DNA of 64,000 nt, taken from assembly GCA_965197925.1 (NCBI GenBank), contig CBDAOC010000018.1, forward strand, positions 239,346 through 303,345, in the 5' to 3' direction. Source of the stretch: Nitrososphaerales archaeon. Its GTDB lineage: Archaea; Thermoproteota; Nitrososphaeria; Nitrososphaerales; UBA213. The position numbers were made by a program, and so were the translations under genes. The notes below the pieces were generated by a model. The model was given only the letters and a program-made list of their open reading frames with translations, did no database searches and was not told the DNA's origin. Positions 20,554 through 30,514 of this stretch are shown piece by piece (position 1 is the stretch's first letter; each line of letters starts with the position of its first letter).

Positions 20554-21357
20554 TTATCCTGCTGAAAGATCCCAGTAGTTAGCATCTTTTACTACCTCTG
20601 TGGGAAGGCCCAGGGACTTCCATTCCCTCAATGACTTTGCGTACAGCTTTACGTTTTTGTAGCCAGCAAGGAGTAATCCATAATAGGCCAATCCTGAAAG
20701 CGTGCCTACGCTGCCACAATATGTGATTACTTCTTTGGTATCAGAAATTCCACGGTTATTTACAAGTCTCTTAAGCTCCTCAGGGGGTCTCAGGATGCTA
20801 TCCTCTCCGGAGAAGGTCTTCCAAGGAATGTTAATTGCTTTAGGTATGTGATGATCCAGATAGTTCAAGCGCTCCCTAGAGTCAAGCAACACTTTGCCGT
20901 CACTTTCTACCGAAGAATTAACATAATCTGCAGTAGCAAGAATATCATCATTTATCTTTAGTGAATGCACTGCTTTCTTGTAAACTGTCTTATTTTGCTC
21001 TATATTTAGGCCCATCGATTTCCAAGAGCTGTAGGTAACTGCTAATAATGAAACATTTTGGTGCCCTATATATTCAAGTGCCCAGGCAACCCTTGCTGCT
21101 ATTGCACCGAAGGTATCATCGTAAACTACAACATGTATATTATCATCAATACCCACATTTGCGAATATATCTACTATCTTTTCTAAATTCTCTGCATTTA
21201 GTAATTGTGCCAACGGTATGGATACAGCAGTAGGTATATGTCCAATGTCGTATTCTTCAACTTTTCTTACATCAACTATTCTTGTCTCCTTCTTTTCAAT
21301 TGCCTCTATCAGATCATAAGGATCAATAAGAATAGGATATGTTGTTGATCTATGCAT
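20554..21357 (-). CDS. Two-domain rhodanese (thiosulfate/3-mercaptopyruvate sulfurtransferase)
   Basis: 267 aa, tandem rhodanese domains, active-site loop YCGSVGTLSG in the second domain. Confidence 0.88.
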   Translation of the reverse strand: MHRSTTYPILIDPYDLIEAIEKKETRIVDVRKVEEYDIGHIPTAVSIPLAQLLNAENLEKIVDIFANVGIDDNIHVVVYDDTFGAIAARVAWALEYIGHQNVSLLAVTYSSWKSMGLNIEQNKTVYKKAVHSLKINDDILATADYVNSSVESDGKVLLDSRERLNYLDHHIPKAINIPWKTFSGEDSILRPPEELKRLVNNRGISDTKEVITYCGSVGTLSGLAYYGLLLAGYKNVKLYAKSLREWKSLGLPTEVVKDANYWDLSAG

Positions 21358-21375
21358 GGTTGATTGTCACTGATT

Positions 21376-23175
21376 TTAAGCTGCACATTCGCCTCTAGCT
21401 GTCTTCGCTGAAAACATACCATCATTACCATAGTCCATGTACGATACGGGGCTCTGCTCTACACTTGGGAGCTGTGCAACTTCATCGACAATAATCTTCA
21501 AATCTCCTACATTCTTCACAGTCATAGAGCCCTCACCTCTTAGAATCCTTGATATCCATTCATTTAGGTTTCCACCTTCATTCCTTTCCTGTTTGTAAAG
21601 TTCCACAATTTTCAATACAACGTCTATAACCCTCTTTGCTGGAACCCTTGTGAAGACTTTGCCAAGGGAAGCGTTTTCACCGGTACTACCTCCCAAGAGC
21701 ATTATGTACGTGGGTGCCAGGGTATTATTCACTCTTGATGCACCACCATAGAAACCCATAGTAGCCACTTCGTGCTGTCCACAGGAATTTGGACATCCAC
21801 TTATCTTTATCGTTGAATCCCTCAATCCGTCATCCATATGAAGGTCAAGTTCTATAAACTTGGCTTGTATTTCTTTTGAAAGTCTATGTGAATTTGTTAT
21901 TGCTAAGTTGCAAGACGTTGTTCCAACACATCCTACGGTTGACGCCATAGTCAATGCCCCTGAATTTGCAAGGCCTACTTGTACAAGCCCCTGATAGAGG
22001 TCGAGGAGATCTGATTGGAGAACCCATCTTAATACTATATCCTGTGATGGTGTTGTACGGACACATCTATCTGCAGTGAATTCTCTACATATATCTGCTA
22101 GTGCCTTAAGCTGACTAACGGAAATATCTCCAGATTGTAACGTTATAAATGCCACTACATACCCTTGCTGCTTCTGTTGCACTACATTTGTGTGTAACCA
22201 CTTTTGATAGCCTAATGGATTAGCAGTGGATTCATGTGAGACGATTGACGATGCAACCATTGGTACTTGCTTTTCCTCGATCTCAAGCTTAGTAGCTGTG
22301 GACTTTGTAGCATTTACAATTATGCGCTCCTTTAAAACAAGCTCCTGAAACTTTTCAAAACCCATATCATGTACCATATACCTCATTCGATTTCTGTGCA
22401 TTTTTTCTCTATTACCAAGTCTATCAAACAGCCTTATAGTTGCTATACATGTGGGCAAGACATTTTCCATAGGGGTAAATTCCTCAAGAAGCTCAGCGAT
22501 GAATGAAGCTGGACCCAATCCACCTCCTAGATAAATCCTGAAGCCTTTGATCTCCTCTTCATTGATTTTTTTCACCATTGGAACAAGCCCTATATCGGCT
22601 ATCCTGACAAGACTGTGTTTTTCACAACACGCAAAGTTGAACTTGAATTTTCTTGGCAGGTTCTGATTCAATGGATTTCTCAGAAAGAACTTTGCGACTG
22701 CGTTTGCATAGGGAGTTGCATCAAAGGCCTCGTTTATACAGACGCCTGCAAAGTGACTGCATATAACATTTCTTATAGTATTACCGCAAGCTTCCCTAGT
22801 TGTAATACCAACTTGAACCAGACCTCTCATAACTTCTGAAACATCATCCAGGTGAACCCAATGCAGTTGAATGTTTTGTCTAGTTGATACATGAGCGCTT
22901 CCAATGGAAAATGCATCACTTAAAAAAGCTATTTTTTCTAATTGTTCTGGATCAATTATACCAGAAGGTATCTTAATACGTACCATGCTGAAATCTGACT
23001 GCATCCTAGAACCGTAAGCTCCGTTTTGAAGCCTGAACCTTCGAAATTCGTCTTCACTAATTTTTTTCTGCCTGTAAAGCTTTTCAAGTTCTGCGAAGGT
23101 ATCGACCTCTTCTGGTCTACCCCAATTATCCCTAACCTTCTTTATCAATTGTCTATTCCGTCCCTTGCTCATCAT
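21376..23175 (-). CDS. sir: Ferredoxin-dependent sulfite (or nitrite) reductase, siroheme/4Fe-4S
   Basis: 599 aa. REACGNTIRN and SGCPNSCGQH cluster/siroheme motifs, duplicated NIR_SIR architecture. Confidence 0.88.
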   Translation of the reverse strand: MMSKGRNRQLIKKVRDNWGRPEEVDTFAELEKLYRQKKISEDEFRRFRLQNGAYGSRMQSDFSMVRIKIPSGIIDPEQLEKIAFLSDAFSIGSAHVSTRQNIQLHWVHLDDVSEVMRGLVQVGITTREACGNTIRNVICSHFAGVCINEAFDATPYANAVAKFFLRNPLNQNLPRKFKFNFACCEKHSLVRIADIGLVPMVKKINEEEIKGFRIYLGGGLGPASFIAELLEEFTPMENVLPTCIATIRLFDRLGNREKMHRNRMRYMVHDMGFEKFQELVLKERIIVNATKSTATKLEIEEKQVPMVASSIVSHESTANPLGYQKWLHTNVVQQKQQGYVVAFITLQSGDISVSQLKALADICREFTADRCVRTTPSQDIVLRWVLQSDLLDLYQGLVQVGLANSGALTMASTVGCVGTTSCNLAITNSHRLSKEIQAKFIELDLHMDDGLRDSTIKISGCPNSCGQHEVATMGFYGGASRVNNTLAPTYIMLLGGSTGENASLGKVFTRVPAKRVIDVVLKIVELYKQERNEGGNLNEWISRILRGEGSMTVKNVGDLKIIVDEVAQLPSVEQSPVSYMDYGNDGMFSAKTARGECAA

Positions 23176-23431
23176 AAAGCTATATTCCTCATAGTGAGTA
23201 TATGACCATTATAAGATATAATTCATTCCATTAATGATAATTTGCATCGAAAATAAAAATTGAGTTTATAAAGGTTTAGCATGGTGGACCACAATTAGAC
23301 TACGGTCTGTCAGATGAGATGTAGTAAGATTCTTTCGAAACACAGTAGATTTAGAGCTTATCCGAAAATTAACATCATAGCCTAATTGTTTATACCGAAA
23401 CAGATCTAGATCTGTCTCTCTAGCTAAATTT

Positions 23432-24224
23432 GTGAGAAAATCAAAGAAAAAGAGCATGCCGACCATATGGCATATACCAGACAATCTATGGGAAGAGTTC
23501 AAACTAGTGTTGCCACCAGAGAAACCAGCAAGAACAGTTGGAAGGCCAGCTGTACCATTTAGAAAAGTGTTGAATGGAATACTGTACGTATTAAGAACTG
23601 GATGCCAGTGGAAGAAGGTATCTAAAGAATTTGGTTCTGGTTCAACTTGCCATGCAAGATTTCAGGAATGGATTGGGATAGGAGTATTCAAGAAGGTATG
23701 GAAGAGGCTGCTGGAAATATATGATGAATTGAAGGGTATAGGATGGGACTGGCAATCCATGGATAGCGTACCGAAGGCCCCATTAGGGGGAAAACGACCG
23801 GAGCAAACCCAACGGATAGAGGCAAGCTAGGTACCAAACGTCACATGCTGGTTGATAGAAGAGGTATTCCTCTCTCATCTGTAATTACTGGAACAAATAA
23901 ACACGATATGAAATCAGCCTTTCCTACAATAGATAGCATTGTTGTTGATAGGCCCAAAGTTAAACAGAACATATGCATGAATAGGATATGATTTCCCTGA
24001 GATAGAGTATGGAGTTAGGAAGGGGATATGTGGATCACATTCGTCGTAAGGGTGAAGTGTTGAAAAAGAATTTGTACAAAGCAAAGAGATGGGTTGTAGA
24101 AAGAACCGCATCTTGGCATAACAGGTTCAGAAAGTTATTGGTAAGGTTCGAGAAGAAGGAAAATTATCAGGCGCTAGTAGAATTTGCTAACTGCCTAATA
24201 GTGTATAGAGCGATATATTGGTAG
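23432..24224 (+). pseudogene. IS-B transposase (DUF4096-like N-terminus plus DDE), orfA 23432..23830, downstream frames broken
   Basis: orfA WHIPDNLW...RTGCQWKKV. The -1 frame continues KTTGANPTDRGKLGTKRHMLVD... to a stop near 23990. Two further frame breaks precede the RGYVDHIRRKGE block (24009..24224). Confidence 0.75.
23788..23794 (+). promoter_or_regulatory. Candidate -1 programmed frameshift heptamer G GGA AAA in IS-B
   Basis: In the orfA zero frame the codons are ggG GGA AAA. The -1 frame after it encodes the conserved transposase continuation. Confidence 0.6.
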
Positions 24225-24977
24225 TGTCATAAACACGTTAATGCAACTGTTTCTAGTATCTACTATCTACAATACTAATAAAATCAATAGTAAGAAAACT
24301 AAACCTGACAGTATGAACTAATATTCTTGCATTCTAAATGTTATCATTTCTACCAATCGTTAACTATCAGCTAGAATTTTAGGATAGGCTCTTAGTTGAA
24401 ACCCTAAATTCCAGTTGATATCGCTCACTTTATACTCTCCAAATATTGATATAAGATTCTCCCAACCAAGTATCAACAATTAGCAAATTCTCTAATTTTG
24501 TAGACAAATCTTCAGGGCTATCAAAAATTACATTAGTATAGTGGTTAGTACCTCCAGTTTGGTTTAACATATTCTACCTTGAAGAGCATACTTCCACAGT
24601 TTGGGGAAGGGTTTATCTCTTGTAACCTGGTCATATAAAGATCCATAATTAATAAACTTACAATGGGCAATTGCTCAGCTTCTAATATTTATCTACTCTT
24701 TGATTTATCTATACATACTAAATTTTTCCTTTCTTGTTACCACTATTGACATCGTTCTGGATAAAAATTATCAGAGTGGAAAAGGTTTTACATTTAATGG
24801 AAGTATACACAAAATGGCAGCATGAATAACCAATATAAAAATGGTCAACAAAATAGAACGGATCCAAGTAGGTCATCAATCTTCACTATTTCTGTTCTGT
24901 TACTTAATTCATAAAAATCAAGGTGCCTTTATAGGTTTATTCCACAAGGGTGATTGTTCGATACTCAAAAACTAGAT

Positions 24978-26663
24978 TCATCCTACAAAATTGTCATCTA
25001 TCAAGATTCCGTTTCTAGAATAATCTACATCAATAGAAATAATGATAGGTGTTTCCTTTGATTGCTTCGCTTTTTCCATGATTCCTGGAAAATCTTTAGT
25101 GGAACTAACCGAGTATCCTTTAGCACCAAAACTCTTGGCTAACATTACAAAGTCAGGATTATTAAAAGAGGTAAATGCAGTTCTTCCAAATTCATCCATT
25201 TGCTTCAAAGAAATCAAACCAAATTCCCTATCACACCAAATGATAATTATTATTGGTAGTTTAAGGCGAACGGCGGTCTCAACTTCTTGAAGGTTCATAA
25301 GAAAAGCACCATCACCACACATTGCCACAATAGTCCTATCCTGATAAACCAATTGAGCCACAATTGCACCAGGTAAAGAGAATCCCATAGAACAAAATCC
25401 GTTTGGTATTAAACATGTGTTGGGGTAGTATGTATTGTATAATTTTGCTATCCATAATTTGTGAGCCCCAACATCTGAAATCACAATATCTTTTTTATCC
25501 AGTGCACTTCTGACATCAAATAATAGCTTTTCAGGTTTAATCGGATAATCAAGACTATTTTTGTATTTCTGAGTTCTCTCAAGCACCTCTTTCTTAATAT
25601 TCTTAAAGGTTTCTGGAATGTCATGACATGGAAAGTATTTTAGACTAGGATTCTGGCTTTTTTCTTTTTCCAATTCACTTATGATCGAATCAATTGTTAA
25701 TGCAATATCGGCAACAATCTCAACCGCTGGAGGATAGTAGGTGTCTACCTCTGCCGGAGTGAAATCAATATGAATAATCTTCTTATCTAAATCACCATTC
25801 CAATATTGAGGACTGTATTCAACCAAATCATATCCTATGGCAATAACTAGGTCTGCTTTTTTCATTGCTATTAAGGCATGATCAGCTGTTCTGATACCAA
25901 TGGTTTGGAGGTGTCTTTCTGACTCATCCGAGATAACACCCTTTCCCATGAAAGTGTTCATCGAGCATATCCCCGTCCGTTCTAAGTACTTTCTTACGTG
26001 GGAGCTAGCATTTTCTCTTATACAGCCATTTCCTATAAGAACTAGGGGTCTCTCCGCGTCTAGAATTAACTTCACTGCTTTATCAATCAAAGACTTGTTA
26101 GGTTGGGAACGTAAGACTTCCTGCCTTCTAATAGGTTTGATGTAAGATTCTTCCTTCGCCACGTCCTGGGGTAATTCTATATGAGTAGCACCAGCCTTTT
26201 CCTCCATAGCTATCTTGAATGCTCTCCTAACAATTTCAGGAATGATATCAGCATTACGAATGGACCAATTCCATTTTGTGATCGGTTTAAACATAGTTAT
26301 TACATCCATGTTTTGATGTGACTCCTTATGGAGAAGATGCGAGTCGGTCTGCCCAGTGATTGCCAAGACTCTCGATCTATCCATGTTTGCATTTGCTATA
26401 CCAGTTGTCAAATTAGTAGCTCCTGGACCTAAAGTAGAGAGACAAACTCCCACTTTTCCAGTTAGTCTACCATAGACATCAGCCATGAAAGCAGCAGATT
26501 GTTCATGTCTAGTTAGAATAAATTTAATTTTTGAATTTAACAGAGAAATCATAAAATCTGAATTCTCTTCTCCTGGTAGTCCAAAAATATAATCAACTCC
26601 TTCCTCCTCTAGACATTTAACGAACAACTCAGCGGCTTTCATTTTTTCCGTCAAATTTTTCAC
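24978..26663 (-). CDS. Thiamine-diphosphate enzyme, acetolactate synthase large subunit-like
   Basis: 561 aa. N-terminal TPP-pyrimidine domain (GLPGEEN, TLGPGATN) and C-terminal GDGAF...N TPP-binding motif. Confidence 0.85.
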   Translation of the reverse strand: MKNLTEKMKAAELFVKCLEEEGVDYIFGLPGEENSDFMISLLNSKIKFILTRHEQSAAFMADVYGRLTGKVGVCLSTLGPGATNLTTGIANANMDRSRVLAITGQTDSHLLHKESHQNMDVITMFKPITKWNWSIRNADIIPEIVRRAFKIAMEEKAGATHIELPQDVAKEESYIKPIRRQEVLRSQPNKSLIDKAVKLILDAERPLVLIGNGCIRENASSHVRKYLERTGICSMNTFMGKGVISDESERHLQTIGIRTADHALIAMKKADLVIAIGYDLVEYSPQYWNGDLDKKIIHIDFTPAEVDTYYPPAVEIVADIALTIDSIISELEKEKSQNPSLKYFPCHDIPETFKNIKKEVLERTQKYKNSLDYPIKPEKLLFDVRSALDKKDIVISDVGAHKLWIAKLYNTYYPNTCLIPNGFCSMGFSLPGAIVAQLVYQDRTIVAMCGDGAFLMNLQEVETAVRLKLPIIIIIWCDREFGLISLKQMDEFGRTAFTSFNNPDFVMLAKSFGAKGYSVSSTKDFPGIMEKAKQSKETPIIISIDVDYSRNGILIDDNFVG

Positions 26664-27265
26664 CTATTTTTATATGTATTTGGATGAATATATCTTGATT
26701 GTCCGCCATCCCTAAAGAGAAAATCATATGGAGTATTAATCTTTATTTTCAAATATTAGTAGAAAATTTAACTGCTTTTCAAATCACGTATGACTCGCCG
26801 ATTCTAGAATCTTTTTGACTCTTTAATATACCTTCATTATGATATATTTTTGTAATACACTTGACCTCGTAACTCTTCTTCAAAAGCTTCCTAGGACCTT
26901 CGGAAACATCCACATTTATTCGTGTACCCCTTGTAGTCTGTTATTACGAAAGCTGACCCAACCAGAGTATTTTCAATAATAACAATTACGAAGGCTGACC
27001 CCAAGACTCGAGAGTCTAAAATATTCAACTTTATCTGGAAACCAGTGTATCTACATTCCTTTCCAACCCTAAGAAGATTATCGAATTTTATTAATGAGTA
27101 GTTTGAGAGTGATAAAATATTATAGTTAAGATCAAATCTAACTACCTGTCGGGTCTGCGAAGAATATCTTGGAATCGCTTGTCAATACAGCGATACTAAG
27201 CCCTCTTGATAAGTCCGTTCTCTACCGAATTGCTCCATAGACGTAGATTGACAACTCAGCACAAG

Positions 27266-27589
27266 TTATATCTCGTAGACATCTGATGATTTTGTAGCTG
27301 TTGTGGTCTCTCTTGGGTTAACTTCTTCTATTTTTTTCATAAGCTCTTCCATCTTAACATCACTTACTAGTCTCTTTATCTCATCAAGCTCAACACTAGA
27401 TTTTATAACAACCCCCCTCTTCTTTGTGGGGGCACCTGATGAATCGACAGGATTCACTTCAACACACACAGAAGACTTTCTTCCCTTATATGATGGCAAT
27501 CTTAGAAGGAATACTCCTTTCATCGATGTCTGTTTCCTTTCCCAATCTTTACCACTGCTGAGAAATTCCAAGAGCTTTTCATCTGGCAC
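27266..27589 (-). CDS. Hypothetical protein
   Basis: 107-aa ORF, no family recognised. Confidence 0.35.
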   Translation of the reverse strand: MPDEKLLEFLSSGKDWERKQTSMKGVFLLRLPSYKGRKSSVCVEVNPVDSSGAPTKKRGVVIKSSVELDEIKRLVSDVKMEELMKKIEEVNPRETTTATKSSDVYEI

Positions 27590-27927
27590 GACTTAAATTT
27601 GCCCTACTTGAATAAAAATATACGCTTATTTATTGAGGAATTATTGCTATTTTTTGAACGTCCCTTGCTGGAGTACTTTTGAATTGTTAATTTAAGAAAG
27701 ATATTATTCTCTTTTGGACTATTTTAAGACTACACAAATATGTTTTTGTAAGATAAATACATCGAAGACCTACTCATAAGAGGGTCACATGTACAAAGTA
27801 TAATCGAGACCTCCATAAAATAACTCTTGAATAAATAAGGTTTTTTCAAATAATTACACACAACTTGTCCCAAAACTGATCATTTAGTGAATTAATGACG
27901 ATCATTAGATCTATTTGCAATTAGTCA

Positions 27928-28733
27928 TTGAACCATCTCATGCAATTTCAAGAATTAACAGACAAGCAATGGAGGATGATGCAAAAATACATTCCAAAAC
28001 CTGCAAGAACAGGCAGACCAAGGAGTAATGACCGTGTCACGATAAATGGAATCATGTTTGTTCTAGTTACTGGATGCAGGTGGCGTGAGATGCCAGAAAA
28101 GTATGGCTCAAAATCAACTGCACATCGCAGGTTACAGAACTGGCAGCAAAGGAAAGTATGGAAAAAGATTCTGTCAGGTGCAATAAAATCTGCATACAAA
28201 TCTGGCAATCTACAACTGCAGAGGATATCAGTTGATTCCTCAACTGTTCCTGCCAAAAAAGAGGCAATGTGATTGGACATGATGGATTCAAGAGGATTAC
28301 AGGCACAAAGATACATGTTGCAGTTGATTGTAATTCCCTGCCAGTATCAATAATTATTGGTTCTGCAAATGAACATGACTCTACTAGATTAATTGATGTG
28401 ATGGAAAACATTTCTGACTATCTAGATGATGATTCAATAAAACAAATTACATCAGTTTATGCAGACAAGGGTTATGATTCTAAGGCAATTAGAGAATATT
28501 TGAAAAGCAGAAATATTCTAGATTGTATTTCACACAGAAATTTCAAGACAAAGAACAACAAGACAACAAACCAAAACGATTACAGCAAGACACGTTACGT
28601 TGTTGAGAGATTCTTTGCGTGGCTCAAGTGTGGATTCCATAGAATGGCAATCAGGTATGAAAGAAGAGCGGAGAATTATTTTGGGTTGGTTAACATCGCA
28701 TCAATCATGATGTATTGGAGAGTTTTGGGATAA
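27928..28733 (+). CDS. IS-C transposase orfA (27928..28272) and orfB (28269..28733), joined by -1 recoding
   Basis: orfA LTDKQWRMMQKYIP...VTGCRWREMP (DUF4096-like). orfB DDE domain (HVAVD, YADKGYD, VVERFFAWLK). The ORFs overlap at an A6G run. Confidence 0.85.
28255..28261 (+). promoter_or_regulatory. A6G slippery run at the IS-C orfA/orfB overlap
   Basis: gcc aaa aaa gag. The -1 frame reads KRGNVIGHDGFK into orfB. Either ribosomal or transcriptional slippage is possible. Confidence 0.55.
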
Positions 28734-28880
28734 ATTAACAATATTTTTTATTCCTGAGCGGTTAGCCAATTGATAATCCTGTATTAATAAGTGTGAGGGA
28801 GGATTTTAATAGTTGGATAAACTGCATTCTCAAAATAAGTAATAGTATATGTAGCTTTATCACTCCATTACAACAGAATT

Positions 28881-29582
28881 ATGATACCATATATTGTAAA
28901 GGAAATGCTACGCCACTTAGTTTTAAGATTAGTCTTGAGTGCTACCTTCATTGCTCTAGGGAAGAAAGGATCCCTTCTTCATTATAACGTAGAGTTGATC
29001 AAGCAACAGGAGCGTGAAATTCTTGTTAGTGCTGCACTAATTGGTGTTGCTTTTGGGGCGGTGACAATTTTCCTTGTAGTCATGACAAAAGGCCAGGATA
29101 GCATATTGGTAGTGATAGCAGGTATAATGCTTTCAATAGGGTTGAGCCAGCAAGTAATGTCTTTAGGTTTAGACGTGGTCACTCTAAGTTTGAGTGGATA
29201 TTTATCTTCATGGACCTCGGTTCTTAATTGTATGGCACGGCAGAAGTCAAAACCTGAATGGCATTTTATAGAAAATGAAACGAATCAGATTTTTATTAAT
29301 CCACACGTAATGTATATTTTGCCTTCTGAACTCGATGAGCCGAAGGCACCAATAGAAAATATAATTAAGTATATAGATGAGCACAGGTGGGAGCTTGAAT
29401 TCCCTCTTGTTAAGGTATATGGTGATGACCCCAGTCTGCTTTCCTTTGCTCAATATGCTACTGAATACATAAGAAGTCGGTTACTAATATCGGATCGACT
29501 AGTGAATATCCAGCAGAGAAGCGGTGCTATTAATCCAATTGTGTTTATCGCACTCGGGACACTGATGTGGTTACTTTCTTAA
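28881..29582 (+). CDS. Hypothetical membrane protein
   Basis: 233 aa with about 4 hydrophobic helices. Lies between IS-C copy 1 and MITE copy 2. Confidence 0.4.
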   Translation: MIPYIVKEMLRHLVLRLVLSATFIALGKKGSLLHYNVELIKQQEREILVSAALIGVAFGAVTIFLVVMTKGQDSILVVIAGIMLSIGLSQQVMSLGLDVVTLSLSGYLSSWTSVLNCMARQKSKPEWHFIENETNQIFINPHVMYILPSELDEPKAPIENIIKYIDEHRWELEFPLVKVYGDDPSLLSFAQYATEYIRSRLLISDRLVNIQQRSGAINPIVFIALGTLMWLLS

Positions 29583-29592
29583 TCAAATAGCT

Positions 29593-29731
29593 GCCTTGTT
29601 GCATAACTATGAAATCCATTATTGAATAACGAAATTATTCTGTTAGTGTGGTGCCAAATTCTGAATTACAAATTCAATTGTTTAATCATAAGACAAAAAA
29701 TTGCAGAATTTTTGAGTTGTGCAACAAAGCA
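29593..29731. mobile_element. MITE copy 2 (139 bp) with 9-bp target-site duplication
   Basis: Same termini as copy 1 (gccttgttgcataact / agttgtgcaacaaag). Flanked by caaatagct at 29584-29592 and 29732-29740. Confidence 0.8.
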
Positions 29732-30364
29732 CAAATAGCTAATAATGAGACCCATACATTACCAGCTCTTCAGATCATTCTCCAAGAGAAGAGGCGAGTG
29801 CCTAATTCATTGCTATGCAAAATCAAGAACTCTCGTAAATAATAATTGAAAAGAAAATAGAAAGTATCGCTTACATTAGCGGGAAGGAGCATTATTAATT
29901 TAGCAAAGTAAGATGAGGTAAATCCTAACCCCAAATTTTATAAAATGCTCATATTCGGGTCATTTGACTCAATGATTCCATGGTAAATTTATCAAACCCC
30001 TACACAACATTTGACATTTCCAACAACAGATTCCTATTTGGATTCCCAGTGCCACACCAAAGGTTAATTGTATCTGAACATTAAATGTTCAACATTTCTT
30101 TTGACCTAATCGTTGTTTAAATAATAGTTAACAAAGTGAAGCAAAATTGGTTAGCGAATACTTTTGAACTGTCGGTGCAAGAATTGCGGGAATAAGAATT
30201 ATCGAAACGAATTGAAATATTATTAGACGGCTCAAAATATCGCAACTTTTCTCAAGGAGAATGCGAAGCAAACTAACTATGAATCATCAACAAATTATTA
30301 ACATTATCGGTAATGATACTAATAATCATGTAAAAATTTTCTATCCCATATTAAAGATACAAGA

Positions 30365-30514
30365 TGGTGGGGCCGGCCGGAATTGAACCGGCGACCTACG
30401 GGTCACTGCAGCTCCAGAACATACATCATCCTTTCGTCAGATGACCCATTTATGTCTAGCTTCTGGAGCCCTTAGCGGTACTACTGTCGCCCTGCCATGC
30501 TAGGCTACGACCCC
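30365..30514 (-). tRNA. tRNA-Trp (CCA) with two introns; 3' CCA encoded
   Basis: Hand-folded: GGGGUCG/CGGCCCC acceptor, GCCGG-UUCAAUU-CCGGC T-arm. 14-nt intron at 30472..30485 in the 5' anticodon-stem strand. 59-nt intron at 30404..30462 at the canonical 37/38 site. The mature loop is CUCCAGA and the mature length is 77 nt. Confidence 0.85.

Larger units (their letters stand above)
23354..24391 (+). mobile_element. IS-B copy B
   Basis: Inverted repeats gagcttatccgaaaatt...gaattttaggataggctc, TTA at 23351-23353 and 24392-24394. Confidence 0.9.
27861..28737 (+). mobile_element. IS-C copy 1 (877 bp, IS5-family IS1031/IS427-like), apparently intact
   Basis: Imperfect 16-bp inverted repeats caacttgtcccaaaac / gttttgggataaatta. 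3-bp duplication ACA at 27858-27860 and 28738-28740. Identical to the copy at 50028..50904. Confidence 0.92.

Noticed and set aside
29648-29842. 64-aa ORF overlapping MITE copy 2
   Set aside because: It starts inside the non-coding MITE. The homologous region of MITE copy 1 has no equivalent ORF.
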